Made by a program: the position numbers and the translations under genes
NCBI RefSeq assembly: GCF_964213995.1
Contig: NC_135816.1
Coordinates: 46,748,001-46,812,000, forward strand
Direction of reading: 5' to 3'
Origin: Mustelus asterias
Taxonomy: Eukaryota
Length of the DNA stretch: 64,000 nt
Notes under the pieces: generated by a model
Databases searched by the model: none
What the model was told of the DNA's origin: nothing
Seen by the model: only the letters and a program-made list of their open reading frames with translations
Shown: positions 1 through 13,154 of the stretch, piece after piece
Numbering within the stretch: the first letter of the stretch is position 1
Layout: each line of letters opens with the position of its first letter

Positions 1-1524
1 AGTTCCCAAGAGTTGGTAGGCCCCCATGCATAGTTCACACTACATACTTTTCAATAAAAAAAATCATATTTCAGAATGAAAAATGAGATGCTGCTTTGCT
101 AGCATTTTCAAACTATCATTTTAATATTTCATTGTTTCACACTGAACTCATTAGTGTTAACAATGTGATTTAGTAGTGTCCTGAAATTTCACTTTTAAAA
201 AATACACATTACTGGTTATTTTTAATTAAAATAAACCATTTAGGTGTGACCCATATGCTTTAAAAATAACACGTTAATTTTCCTTATATAGACTGGCATA
301 TCTGAATACACAGTTCCATCTGCATTGCAATCCGTGTTGCTTTTTTCCAAAAGTGGTACAATAAATTGCAACTACGCCCAGTATGAAATACAGGATTTCA
401 ACTGAAAGCAATCAAAGCATCTCACATCTATTACTGGAACCACACCCATATTTAAACACAGTATTCCTGGATAAACCAGTAAACAAGTTGGTACAGGTAA
501 GGACAGCTTTGGCCCATCCTGCTTCCACTACCCACAACATCCTTTTCCTCATTTCCCTCTAATACAACAGCAGATATTATTGTACTATATATTATTTTTA
601 CAATTCTGTATTGTTTTACAAACTTCCCTTCCAATCCCCTACTTTTAAGACTGAGAAGGCCAGATTTTTCCTCAAATTAGTCCTTATTCCTGGTGGGCAG
701 AAACCAAAGCTTTGGCTCTGAATTATGATACGCACATTCAATGCAAAGAAGGTAACCTCACCCCACTCCAATCTCGTTGCTTGCTGTCTCTAGACTAGGC
801 CATTCTAACACTCCTGACCAGCTTCACATCTTACAGCATCCATAAGGTTGAAGTTATCTATTGCCTTTGTTAGCTCAAGACTGGCCTCCTATCTTCCATT
901 CAAGATAAACTCCCAAATCTCTACTGCCTGTAAGAACTTCAAGGCCCATTCACCCATTACTCCTGTAAGCATAAGAACAAGTATTATAAGAGCTGGTATA
1001 AAGATGGTTGTGGCCATGGAAGGAGCTTTCACATCAAGGTCTGTCATCAGATTGTTAGTTGGCCTGTGAATCCTTCCACTACTTCACTCTATTCCCTAAT
1101 GGACGAATGTTGTTTTGTATCTGCACAATCAGTCCTTTGACATTAAGAATAAGCTTCATGGCTCTCCTCCAGGGACTGAATGCCCCCCTTGTTCCTCAAA
1201 ATAACCAAAAATGAACCGTACTCATCATACAGTCTGAGCAAAATACTGCACAGTTTTAGCATATCATTAAACACAGATGTTATCTGATTTGTACCTTATT
1301 CCCCATATAGTTCAATATTTTATTTGCTTAATTGCTGCTCCAGTGTCTCAGCATGCAAAACAGTGTTTACTAATCCATAGATCTTTGTCAATGAAACTCC
1401 CTAGACATTTCAGTCCCCCTTTATGATGCATGTAAATTGCCCATTTCTTTTACGCCTATCTGTATTGATTAAAAAAAACAAAGAGAACAGAAGTAGCTGA
1501 CGGCATTCATAATTGTCTGGACAT

Positions 1525-1920
1525 TTGAAAAGAAAGACTTGCATTTGTATAGTGCCTTCCATGACCTCTTGTAAAGTGTTTGGAATATTCTATGAATATT
1601 CCTTTTAAGTGCGGTTGTTGCTGAAATGTAGGAAACACCTCAGCCAATTTCCATACATCAAGGTCCCAGACACAGCAATATGATAAATAGTCTGTTTTTG
1701 GCTGTTGATGGAGAATAAACATTGGTCACGGCACCAGGGATAACTCCTCTCCTCCTCTTCAAAAATAGTATCACGGGATGTTTTACTCAGTGCAGTATTC
1801 CCTTAGTGTTGCAGTGGGGAATCAGCCTTGATTTTTATGCTCAGGTCTCTGGGGTGCAATTTGAATGCACAACTTTCTGACTGAGAGGCAAGAGTGCTAT
1901 CCACTGAGCCACAGCCGACA
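1525..1920 (-). mobile_element. Old Deu-domain-like SINE (SacSINE1-like); related copies at ~11600-11990 and ~50790-51235
   Basis: Three mutually similar decayed copies (TGTAGGAAACAC.GCAGCCAATT, AATAG..ATGGGATCTTTTAC) with a tRNA-like head on the - strand. The family name is recalled, not verified. Confidence 0.55.
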
Positions 1921-3299
1921 ATGCAAACCTATGTCTGAAATAGCAAGCCATTCTGGTGCGGTATAAAATGCATGATAATTGAAGTGGTACAACACACTTC
2001 TGAATACACTACGTAGATATGAACACCTTGGTGACACCATGAAACATTTTCTGCTGGAAATTATAAATATTGAAATGAGCAAGGAATTGCCTGCTTACCT
2101 CTTATCAAATATACAGACAGAGCTATTATGATACATATTCACAATCTAAACCTCAGAAGAGCATTAGAACTTGAAGTCAACCAACCCTGAACCAAAATGA
2201 CCTTCATCTCACTCCAGATTCAGGATTACTATCCATGCTATCTGTCTCTTTTTATTTTATTCTTTGGCACTGGCCAAGCTAGGATTCATCATCCCTCTTG
2301 GCCCTTGAACAGAGTGGCTTGCTGGGCCATTTTAGAGTCAACCACATTTCTGTGGATCTGGAGTCACATGTAGACCAGACCGGATAAGGACGGCAGATTT
2401 ATTTTCTTGAAGGGCATTAGTGAATTATGACAATGGATGATAGCTTCCAGATTTTTTTTATGAATTTGAATTTAAATTCCACCAGCTTCCATGGTGGGAT
2501 TTGAACACATGTCTCGAGTTAATTTTTCTAGACTTCTGGAGTATTAGTCCAGTAAGACTGCTGTTACACCAACATCTCCACCTGTTGATCAGGTTCAATG
2601 GCCCAGTTTGAAATTATCACATAGCATTGCTATTATTGGGTCTTCACTGCAGGCCTACATATCCAGGAAGTTTCAGAAATTATTTGACTATATTTCACGA
2701 AGCACAATTTTAAATGGCAAATATCTAAAACAAATTGAGAATCAATATATCGTTATTAATAATTTAATGCAATTTTGCAACTGTATTTTTTTTCAAATTG
2801 CAAAGTTCATAGCATCTTCTGGTTCATGATAACTGCTCAATAACAGTGACACGACACCACAAGCTTTTCGGTTCCAGATATTGATTCATGCTCACTACAT
2901 GACACCATGGATCAATGAGATGCCATAATTAATTTGACAGAAATTTGGCTAGTCTGTATGCTGCCAATTTTCTTAGTCTACTGATATTCATTTTAAGCCC
3001 TGTGGTTTATTGAATAAATCTATATATTTTAAAACTTTAGCTCACACCAAAGAGCTCACAACAGGGCAACAACACGTGGTCAGGTAACTGAAAGCATACT
3101 GTTACTTCCAAAGAAAATAGACCATCACTTCACATCCTCATTAATTGAACCACCAACCAAATGGTCTTCCTGTTCTTTCCCTCACCTGCCTGCCATTTAA
3201 ATATACTCATCAAGGAAACTCATCAATTGCTGTCAGCATTAGCAGTGATGTTACACTCCAAATTTCCAACCATATAGATTAGCAAACATTGATAGGTCA

Positions 3300-4070
3300 A
3301 ACGTCAACAACTTGAGCTGCACAGATGACACTGCACTTGCTGCAGTGTCAGAAGAGGCTGCACTTGCTGCAATGTCAGAAGAGGCACTACTGGAAATTGT
3401 AAACAAAGTAAAAATGCAGAAGACAGATTACGAATGTGTGTGAAGAGGACCAAGAGAATGGTGATCTAGAGACCTAATGCTGGAAGTAAAAACTGAAGCA
3501 AATGGATCAGTCCTGGAACAACTGAAAAAGTCCACATGCCTTGGGCAGATTATCACAGATAATGGGTAATGTGATTGCGAAATCCGAAGGAGAATTGGAT
3601 TGGCCAAGACCAGCTTTGACAAATTGAAAGATATTAACTGAAATTGAACTTGAATCTTAGGATAACAATACTGAGATGCTCCTATTTATCATCTACATTA
3701 CATGCTTCAGAGACATAGTCGACTGATATGAGGATTTAATTTGGGATGTGGACATGTAGGAGGATGCTCTACATATTGTAGACAGACAGAAGGACTAATG
3801 AGAAACAGCTGGATATGGCCGCAAAAAAAAGGAAATTAGCGCACAAAGAGAGAAAGGTACAATATTTTGGTCATACAATTGGAGCAGTCAATAGGCAGAA
3901 TTATTGGAAAGATCAACAGAAAACGCAGGAGGAGAAGAAAATGGATGATGGGTATAATAGACTGGATGCAGTTGATCTAAATGGAATGCGTATGGGCAGC
4001 ACAGGGCAAACAGGTGGAAACCCATGGCAGTCAAGCTTCTGGAAAGAAGATGACACCAACAAACAACACT
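3300..4070 (+). mobile_element. Decayed RTE-like LINE 3' region
   Basis: Remnant frames resembling ADDTAL, CLGQIITDNG.CDCEIRRRIGLAKTSF and KVQYFGH, with many stops. Includes a 27-bp tandem duplication at 3331-3384. Confidence 0.55.
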
Positions 4071-5118
4071 AGCAAATTGATGAAAGATTTGAGATTAATG
4101 TAATAGTAGATTTATGGATGTTCGCCTTTTGCATTTCATTTTACAAATAATTGCAAAAGGAAAAGTAATGGTAATGCACTGCAACAACAACCTCAAAAGC
4201 TTGCTATTTGTCATACATCTATTTTTAATCTTCGGTATTTAAAATGTTTACATCATATTAACTCAAATCATTTAAGTGCCTTATGTGAATGATCAAGCAG
4301 GACCACTTCTTAGCGATACATTTTAATAAAAGCAGGGAACACACAAACATGCATCCTATTCACCTCAAAGGCCACTTTGGTTGTGAACCGAACTCCTTTA
4401 AATCTTCAAACCTCACTCTTTACAGACAATTGCCTTTTTATTAGTCTACTCAATTTTTAAGCCGATGCCATAAAAATTGTAAAAAGAAACCCTACTTTTT
4501 TAGTTGTTATTTTATTAAATTGTAACCAAAATCTTAAAATTGGGCAACGCCGTATCCACAAGTGACTAAGAGCACGCTGTAATTTCCAAAGCGGTGACAC
4601 TTTGCTGTCCCAACTATTTAAATCAACAGATTTTTTGTTAGAAGAATACAAAATGTGCATTTACAGAGATACTGGCTGATGAAATCTGGACAGGAATTAG
4701 GGATTTTGTTTTTTTAAAAAGCGAATCATGTTCCCTCTGATCATTTGCACTATTGGGTGGAATCAAACAAAAGGAGAAAGTCAACGGGCAAACAGCTTCG
4801 AGCAATCGATGAGCAAGAAAATCAACTCAAAACTAAAACATTTGGCAATAATTGGTCCTTCTTAAACGCGGCTTCTGCCACATTTTCGGCACTGAAATTA
4901 TTGGAAGCTCTTGCTGGTTTGTAAAATACTCCACAAACTACGAGCTGCGGACTTTTCCTCCAGATCAGCCTGAAACGAGGGGATCTGAAGATTGTCAGAA
5001 CAAAAAAAAACACAGTCCCAGAGACAAGGAAAAGAAAGTCCCGAGGGCCGGAGTCAGACAAAAGACTCCCGGGTGGGTGCCCGGTCACTCTGTGTAAACA
5101 ACAGCCGGCAACACTTAC

Positions 5119-5199
5119 CCAAAACACTATGTTGAAGCCGAACAAAACATATTTAACGCAGCAACTAACTTCAGGTCCTTTGAAGTGTTTCCCGGACAT
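5119..5199 (-). CDS. tspan17: TspanC8 tetraspanin, first coding exon (tetraspanin-17 by synteny; TSPAN5 is the close paralog)
   Basis: ATG at 5199 gives MSGKHFKGPEVSCCVKYVLFGFNIVFW (27 codons), then a phase-0 donor TGG|GTAAGT. Matches the TSPAN5/17 N-terminus. The order SNCB-EIF4E1B-TSPAN17 and the orientations match the known vertebrate block. The gene continues off the left edge. Confidence 0.85.
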
Positions 5200-5920
5200 G
5201 GTGAGCTGAGGAGGGAGAGGGAGGTAAACAGTAAAACCCCAGAGCCGGCCAGCCAGCCAGCCGCCGCCGCCTTCACTGAGGCTCAGCAGCGACCATCAGA
5301 AACCAGGCTCCGCCACCGCATCGGGACAAGCGAGCGGACAAACATCGGTCTCCGCTCAAGCCGGGGGACGGGGGTGGGGGGGGGAAGGCGACGACACACC
5401 GATCCCGCCTCACAGCTCCATCCCGTTATTCAGCCTCTGTGTTTCACCCAGCCAGCCGGCCTCCAGCAGCGCCACCACCGGCGCCGCCATCGAGCATATC
5501 AGCGCCAGTGCGCCTGCGCCTCCCAGCGGTGTGCACGCGCCGCGTCTGCACGGCTCCAAATTGGGGGGCGGAGAGGGGGCGCGGCCGCTCGGGACCTGCG
5601 CGTGCGCCTCAACCGGGGCGGGGCAGGTTGGGCGCGTGCGCCTCAGCCGGGGTGGGGCAGGTTGGGGGCGTGCGCCTCAGCCGGGGAGGGGCAGGTTGGG
5701 GCGGGCGCCTCAGCCGGGGAGGAGGAAGTGGGGCGTGCGCCTCAGCCGGGGAGAGGGCGGACGGTGAGGTGGTGCGCGTGCGCCTTAGCTGGGGCGGGGG
5801 AAGGTGCGGTTCTGCCGGAGAGGGGCGGGGCGACACTGAGGTATGCGCGTGCGCCTTGGCGGGGGAAGAGAGGGAAAGGGAGTATGCGCGCGCGCGCGTG
5901 TGTGATTCAGCTGGGGAAGG
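5200..5920 (-). promoter_or_regulatory. CpG-island promoter/5' UTR of tspan17 with GC boxes and NRF1-like motifs
   Basis: Abrupt GC- and CpG-rich segment directly upstream of the ATG, with GGGGCGGGG boxes and GCGCGTGCGC/TGCGCCTGCGC motifs. Confidence 0.8.
5597..5916. repeat. Degenerate promoter minisatellite, about 7-8 units of ~33-40 bp
   Basis: Recurrent core GCGTGCGCCTCAGCCGGGG followed by G-runs (e.g. AGGGGCAGGTTGGGG). Confidence 0.8.
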
Positions 5921-7617
5921 TGCTCTTGTTGTAAGGGCGAGTGACAGGGAATATGGGATGAACATCATATCTTACATTGAAAAGACCCTAAACACAAGAA
6001 GCCAGATGGGGACAGCAATAGAAAAACCAGATGCTATGTACAGGCAGTTCCACCAAAACCAGTAGCAGCAATTTAACCAATCTATGAACCAGAAATGAGC
6101 TGCAAGGCATCAGGCAACCAGATTACAGCTGTGCTAGTTTAAAGTTCAGCTGAGAACTAACCAGTCTCCTAGTTACACAATTTAAAAACCTCAATCTGCT
6201 GAGAACACTTCATTTTTACAAAACCTTAATTTCAAATTATCAAATCCATTCAATAGACTACCAACCTGTCACACAGGAAACCACAAATCAGAGACTGAGA
6301 TAACTAATCTGTTGAATTGCATTACCTTTATCTGTATCTAAATTTTTGAATGGGTGAATGAGTGAGGCAGAGTGTGTGTGATGTTACATTTAATTTGTGG
6401 CAAGAGAGAATAAATACACACAAAAGCTTGCTGCTGAATTATTTATTTGGAATACACACTCCAACCTCTTTCCTCACAGAACATATTACTCACAGGCAAT
6501 CAGAGAACACACATTCTGTCCATGACAAGGCATAGGCTAATTTATATCCAGAACTATGACAATTATTTGAATTCAAATTGGCAGCACCAATGCTTAAATG
6601 TACCATTTCTACCAGACAGATTTACCTTCAGCTTTTAGCAGTTCTAGTTTAGTTCTGCAAATTCATTTGCGTTTTTCAATTTTGAGTTTTGATTACATAC
6701 TCTATTCCCAAACCTGCTCTCTAATCTTGTTTTCTAATAAGTGGTGGTCATACAGACTACAAAGACTGGCTAATTTTCTTCCCCATATAATCTTCAAAAT
6801 GTCCCCTATCCCCGTAGATGACTGTCTGATCTGCTAAAAGGAGATTGATGTCTATTCCTTTTCAAAATCCAGGTAAAACTAAAAAGAGGAGAAGTTCTTT
6901 TCTACCTAACCCCCACCTCCCCAACTACTAGATTGTCACTATATTTATAATTTAATTGCTAATCTCTTCTAACACCTCCCAAGCTGCAAGTGAAGATATT
7001 ATTCAAAGCAGTCATGTGCCATGAGAAACAATTGCTCACATGGTACTGCACATAGTATAGCTACAATTCAAAACATCTTCCAAAATTAACAAAATGATTC
7101 CCTGCAGTTACAGTCAGAGGGAAAGCAGACTAATATTCAGAGATGATGCAATCCATTGGTCCTTGAGCTCTAATCAGTTATTTGGACTATATTTCATCAG
7201 CCAATCTGCAAGTAGTAATACTTTAATTCAAAGTTTAGAAATGGAATACATCATTTAAACACTATCAACAATTACAGCTGCATTCAAAATAGAAATCTAA
7301 TTATTTGCATTTTGTGTTTGAACTATAATGAAAGACTACAGCCCAGTGTATATTATAATAGACTTCCGGGGTTCATTTTAATCTTATGATTAATTTCTAG
7401 ATACTCATCTTGAAAAGCAATTGCCTGATGTCTATTTGTCTCACACTGAGCCTTGAAGAGAAGTATTGGTGAAAATTGAAATCCCATACTTGCACAAGAA
7501 CAATATTTGCCTCATTGCAACAGCTAAATTTTTAATTGAATAATTTAGTACAATACTGATTTAAGTGCTGTGCATGTTGTTTATACAGCTTTAAAGTTTG
7601 GCTCAATTCAAGACACC

Positions 7618-7732
7618 TCAAACAACAAATTTATTTTTAATTCCCAATCCACTCTTCGTAGCTGTGTCGGCATGCGCTTGATAACCAATCACAATCTTCA
7701 TGGGAAGACCGAGCCTTTCCTTGTAGGTTCTC
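7618..7732 (-). CDS. eif4e1b: eIF4E1B last coding exon (RTYKERLGLPMKIVIGYQAHADTATKSGLGIKNKFVV*)
   Basis: 115 nt from the TTTTCACTTTAG| acceptor to TGA at 7620-7618. The seven exons total 645 nt = 214 aa + stop with no frameshift. YQAH is 1B-like. Confidence 0.95.
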
Positions 7733-8374
7733 CTAAAGTGAAAAAAAACTTTAGCTTAAAATTTGAAGTTCATTCAATATATTTACTTGCTGACACTCCA
7801 AGCTATAACCACTGGACAGATATGTTTATGGTCCCTCGTGAATGGTGGCTTACAAAAGGGAGCATTAAAGTCACATGTATAACTGGCTAAACATGAAAAT
7901 TCTAAAAAGTCAAGAATATTCCCCACAATTAAGAAATATTTACTATTTAAAATGAGCTGCTTGGTGATACTGTCCTAGACAACTAGTTTTGTAATTACCT
8001 CCACCATTCAAGGAGGGGCAGAGATATATTTCAAAAACTAAATGGACAGATTTCATTGAAATCTGGTAGGGAGTTTGGTCCAAGAAGGAGCAATTTTTGG
8101 AAAGTGGTGCAGATCTGAATTCAGGAATGAACCTATTGACATTAGTGCAAGTTGACGACTAAGAATATAGTGGACCATCTCAGCAGCTGTGGCACAATTA
8201 GTCAACTATCAAATGGAGCCGAGCCTTCAGAAAAAGAAAGAATGTTGGATGTGTATTGGCCTGAACTTTTCAGGCATATACAGAATGGCAGAGGTACGTG
8301 CTCTACTGGGTGCTTTCTTCAGTCAGAACCATATAAAAGTTACAGCACGGAAGGAGGCCATTCAGCCCAAGGAC

Positions 8375-9090
8375 ACCCAGATGCCCTTAACCCTGTAGCT
8401 TACAGCACTTAAGGTGCAGATCCAGGTAGTTTTAAAAAGTTTAGGGTCTCGACCTCCAGCACCAACTCAGGCAGTGAATTTCAGACACCCACCACCCTGG
8501 AATACAGAAGTTCTTCCTCATTGCCACTTATCTTGCATCTATGTCCTCTGGTTCTCAAATTCACCACCAAGAAAAACAATTTTTTTCCTGTCCACTCTCT
8601 TCCCGTCATAATTTTGTACACTTCTATCAAGTCAACTCTTTAGCCTTCTTTGTACCAAGGAAAGTAACCCCAACCTATCCAATCTCTCCTCATAGTTACA
8701 CTTTTCTAACCCTGGCAACATTCTTGAAACCTCCTCTGCACTCTTCAGGGCAATTATGTTCTTCCTATAATATTGTAATCAAAACTGCACACAATATTCG
8801 AGTTGTGATCTCCTATTCCAACATTATATCCTTACTCCTCTGCCAAATGAAGGAGAGCATTCCAAATGCATTCTTTACAACCTTGTCTATTTTAACTGAT
8901 GCCTTTAGGGACCTGCGTACTTGTACACCAAGATCTCCCACTTCATCTACCCTTCTTAGTATATTCCCATTTATTGTGTACTCCCTATACCCGTTTGACC
9001 TCCCAAATGCATCACCTCACATTTCTCTGCCACTTTACCACCCACTCCACCAACCCATCCTGATCATTATGTAGATTATAGTTATCCTCA
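8375..9090 (-). mobile_element. Decayed CR1 LINE 3' portion
   Basis: Reverse-complement CR1 RT/3' UTR phrases (GGAGGCCATTCAGCCC, CACCCACCACCCT, ACACCAAGATCTC). Confidence 0.65.
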
Positions 9091-9699
9091 ACATTGTGGT
9101 GTTATATCCAAATTGTTAACTAACCACTTCTAATCCCCACAGCAAAAATCAATCATCCTCCTTTGCAGCTGAGCAGAACTGCCCTCCCCAGTTCCAGCAA
9201 TATCCAGAAGAATCACCTGCAAGAGATCTTTTGTCTTGAATTGATCCTGGAGTTGAATTTCTCAAATGCATATTCCTAGGCGTCACATGCATGCAGACAA
9301 TGCACCAACTCCGTCACCATTAACAGATTGGTTTGACTGCTGGCCCACATCCTAAATTTTGGGAAGACTGAAGCCACTGTATTTAGGATCCAGCACAAAT
9401 TCAGTTCTCTGCATGGATCCCCATTTCTATCCTACTCTATGGCAACTGCTTGAAATGGAGCCAGAACATTCACAAACCGAGGAGCTTCCAACTATCCATC
9501 TGTACAAGCTTCAAGAGTGCAGACTAACATGGTCAGGCTCTGACCTCATTACTTTGTGGCTGACAAATTCTAAGTGTCAAGTTAGTGTGAAGGTGGGAGA
9601 GCTACAGATATGTTTTATTTTTGGTGAGCTTTTACTCCCAATCTTACGCACAGTGCTTGGAAAAAATGGGCTAGACTGTTTCTAGTAATTAAAAGCAGT

Positions 9700-10412
9700 G
9701 GGCAGGGCTAAACTCACCAGCCAGCTTGCTCTAGCAGAAGAGGCAGCTATTGCACATGTGGAATTTTAACAGCAGAGGCCCGAGAGAGATTGAGATCGAT
9801 ATCAGTCAGGCCTTTGCTGTTGCATCCAGCCTCAACTCAGCCACGCTCCCATCCCACAATTGCAGGGGCCTACTGCCACTCGCGAGCCCCACACCACCCA
9901 AAAATATAGCCCCCCCCCCCCCGCCCTCCCGATCTCTAACAGAGTGCGCAGCGCCCCCTTCCTCCCCACCGATCGCATGGAAAGCAGCAGCAGCAGGATT
10001 CCACCCCCCCCCCCCTCCACAGAGTGCACAGGGGGGCCCATCCCCTCCCTGATTGCCTGCCCAAGGGGCACCCACCCCTGCCCTTGACATCCCCAGCCCC
10101 GTTCTACCAGCGAGGGCAAAACAACTGTTCCCTGTTGCTGGGGAGCAGGTGTTTTCCGCTCACTAGAGAGAACCTCTCCCAGCAAGGCCACAAAACTAAG
10201 TGAGTCCGGATGATTGAGCGTTGGGCTTGCAAAAGACATGCAAATAAACACTTCAATTTATGCAGCCTTGCTGGAAGTGGGCGAGAGGATGACGGTGCCA
10301 GAAATCAGATGCCAGTAAGATTGCACCTGTACTGAGAAATCAGGCAGGATCCTGGTTTCTCAGCTCATTCTGCCCATCGATGGGCAGGGCAAACCAGTAA
10401 AGTCACAGCCAT
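9700..10412. mobile_element. Degenerate GC-rich MITE-like insertion
   Basis: GC-rich island with a C-run core (CCCCACCGATCG) like the Harbinger-like MITEs; imperfect GGGCT.../...AGCC ends. Confidence 0.4.
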
Positions 10413-11059
10413 TATATGTTTCCTTTACATTGGAGTATTCCAACCTCTGCTGTTTGATCTCCCCATCTTCCATTGTCCGAACTCCTGAAACAAAACTCTG
10501 CTGTCTATACATACCTCAATTCCTATCCTAGTTTTGAAATTCCCCCTCAGACTCGCCCCTCCCATCTCCAACCTACAGCACTAATAAAGTTTCAAGATCT
10601 GTACTCAACATTAGCACCTTGTATGTTCCCCATTTTAAAACTCTCCACTATAAAATCATTGTGCTGCCACCTGTCTGGATTTCAAGCTCTGGAATTTCCT
10701 CCCCAAATTCCACTTTCTTTAAACTCTCTCATCTTGGAAATATTCCTTGAAACCTATCTCTGACCAGTCCCAGTATATCCTTGTGACTATAATGCACACT
10801 TTGTCTTTGTCATTTTCTACTGTTAAAGGCATTATACAAGTGCAAGAACTTTAGAACTTTTAAAAATAAGAGTTACATGACAAAGAAGAGGGTGTAAACC
10901 ACTGAACAAGTCACAAAAATAGCACTGAAAATTATGTAATATGCACTATAAATGCTTAATGTTTGGAAAACTTGTTTTCCTAGCAAATTTTTCAAATATT
11001 AAGCTCTCCATAAAAGGAGAGAAAATAAAATGTAAGAATACAAAATGTGATATCATTTT

Positions 11060-11101
11060 GGTGGTGGTGGTGGTGGTGGGGGGGGGGGGGGGGGGGGGGG
11101 G
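11060..11101. repeat. (GGT)n plus poly-G tract in eif4e1b intron 6
   Basis: Directly visible in the sequence. Confidence 0.9.
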
Positions 11102-11298
11102 CGGAGAGCGGTAGAAAGAGGGGGGAAATTAAATCAAAAGTAAAATGACCTGTAAGGTAAAGCGAAGATAAAAACTGGGGCAGTGGAAAAAGAAGATTCT
11201 GGCAATACAAACTTTCCACAGTTTAGTAGGGAATCCCCCCCCCCCCCGGCCGCCCCCCAAGGTGATCAGAAGAACAAATCTTTAAAGCATGAACCTAC

Positions 11299-11438
11299 CC
11301 TATATGTAAAACTGCTTCTTGGTTTTCAGTGTCACGGGTCCATATCGCTATTTTATCTCCTTTTGCTCGGACATTGATTACTGCACCACATACTTCATTG
11401 CTATAATCATCAAAAGCTTCTCCAATAAGGCATAACAG
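11299..11438 (-). CDS. eif4e1b: eIF4E1B coding exon 6 (LLCLIGEAFDDYSNEVCGAVINVRAKGDKIAIWTRDTENQEAVLHIG)
   Basis: 140 nt, ATAAG| and |GTAGGT. R157, K162 and W166 equivalents present. Confidence 0.95.
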
Positions 11439-12247
11439 CTTATAAAAGATATTAAATGCAAATATTAATACAAAGTCATTGAGTTACCTTACAGATTCTG
11501 AATGCTTAATTGTTCTATAGGCAATGACTGCATGTATCTTTTCAAGTAGAACTGAAGACTGAGGTTTTTAAAAATTTAATTCAAACTACAACATTTAGAT
11601 AAAAACAAAAAGATTTCAGGTCATCCCAAAATGCTTTACAATCAGTGAAGTATAGTCACTGTTGTAATTAGGAAATACGACAGCCAATTCACACATAACC
11701 AGCCCCCATAAACAGGAATGCATGAGTGGTCAGATAACCTGCGTTGGTGATTTTAATTGAAGTATAAATGTCATCTGGGAGGCTGGGGTTGAATCCCTTG
11801 CTCTGCACAAAATAGCATCATAGGACCCAAGAGGGCTGATGGAGCCTGTTTAACATCTCATCTGAAGCAGAGAACCTCGTAGTTCAGCATTCCCTCAGCA
11901 GTACACTGGAATGTCAGCCTAGATTTTTGCGGTCAAGTCTCTACAATGGGATTTAAATCTACAACTTCTGATTCAAAAGTAAACATTGCCAGACTTGGCG
12001 TCCCTTCATAAATCAAAGATTTAAACTTAAGCAAATCTACTTTGACATCAAGCAAATTTTAGCCACAGCCATCAAGTAACAGGTGCAACAACTCATGCCA
12101 ATAATCAATAGAACACTGAATGGAGTTTGTCATCTAGAAGGGCTGTTACAATTTATAATTGTTGGAGGAAGAAAAAAAAAACAAAATAAGCATTAAAACT
12201 GCCCATGACTGAACATCACTCTATAGGCTATACTTGTATTAACTCAC

Positions 12248-12361
12248 TGTTTCTAGCCAGAACTGATCGAGTTCAATCATCCTTTGCTGCTTGGACAGTG
12301 TGATTAACCATCTTCCACCGCATTTGTTTCTGTTGTCTTCCCACATGGGTTCAATACCATC
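12248..12361 (-). CDS. eif4e1b: eIF4E1B coding exon 5 (DGIEPMWEDNRNKCGGRWLITLSKQQRMIELDQFWLET)
   Basis: 114 nt, ACATAG| and |GTGAGT. Cap-binding W102/E103 equivalents present. Confidence 0.95.
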
Positions 12362-12867
12362 CTATGTAACAATACAATTAAGAGTGTTAAATCAGATCCA
12401 AATTCAGGATTTGACAAATCCCAAATAAAGTTCAAATTGAAACTCAAATCCTTTCAAAAGGAAAGCCAGATTTACAATAAAAAACACCTGGTTCACTTTT
12501 TAAACTATAAGTCAGCAAGTGGTGATGAACCTGCCGTCCCACTTAAGGTTCATATTCAGATTGAGTGTAATCCAAGTTTAATTCTTTCCCAAATAAAAAA
12601 TTAAGATTACGAAGATCACCTATTTTAAACAATGCTACAAGTACCAAATAAGGTGAAAAGGGTGGCACAAGGAACTTCAGGTCACATAAAATTCTCAAGT
12701 ATAACCCCCTCGAGAACATTAATTCCCACAGCTAGCCCTGCAACAATGTGCTCCTCTTCCAGTCAATATGGCAATTTAAGCAAAAATGATAGTTGGGTTA
12801 AAATTGTATGAAAACTAACTGCCATTGAACAAGAGAATGTATTTGCACCAGATCAAAGGTTTGTAAA

Positions 12868-13150
12868 AGTGGTTAGCACTGCTGCCTCACAGAGCCAGGG
12901 GCCCAGGCTCGATTACCAGCTTGGGTCACTGTCTGCACGTTAGCCCCATGTCTGCATGGGTTTCCTCCAGGTGCTCTGGTTTCCTCCCACAGTTCAAAAA
13001 AAAAAACACTGGTTAGGTGCATTGGCCATGCTAAATTCTCCCTCAGTGTACCTGAACAGGTGCCAGAGTGTCGTGACTATGGGATTTTCACAGTAACTTC
13101 GTTTCATCGTTACTGTAAGCCTACTTGTGACACTAATAAATAAACTTTAA
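12868..13150 (+). mobile_element. tRNA/V-SINE variant with a different 3' tail (second copy at ~50255-50546, - strand)
   Basis: HE1-like head but ends GTAAGCCTACTTGTGACACTAATAAATAAACTTT. Confidence 0.75.
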
Positions 13151-13154
13151 ACAA

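Noticed and set aside
4822-5118. Continuation of the 125-aa tetraspanin ORF
   Set aside because: Homology stops at FW, where a consensus GTAAGT donor lies; the rest is intron read-through.
5185-6065. Overlapping 249-, 208- and 119-aa ORFs
   Set aside because: They are by-products of the GC-rich, stop-poor promoter repeat and show no protein family signature.
5930-6530. Possible solo LTR upstream of the tspan17 promoter (a similar insert lies at ~22775-23810)
   Set aside because: TG...CA-like ends and an AATAAA are present, but there is no TSD or second copy to support it.
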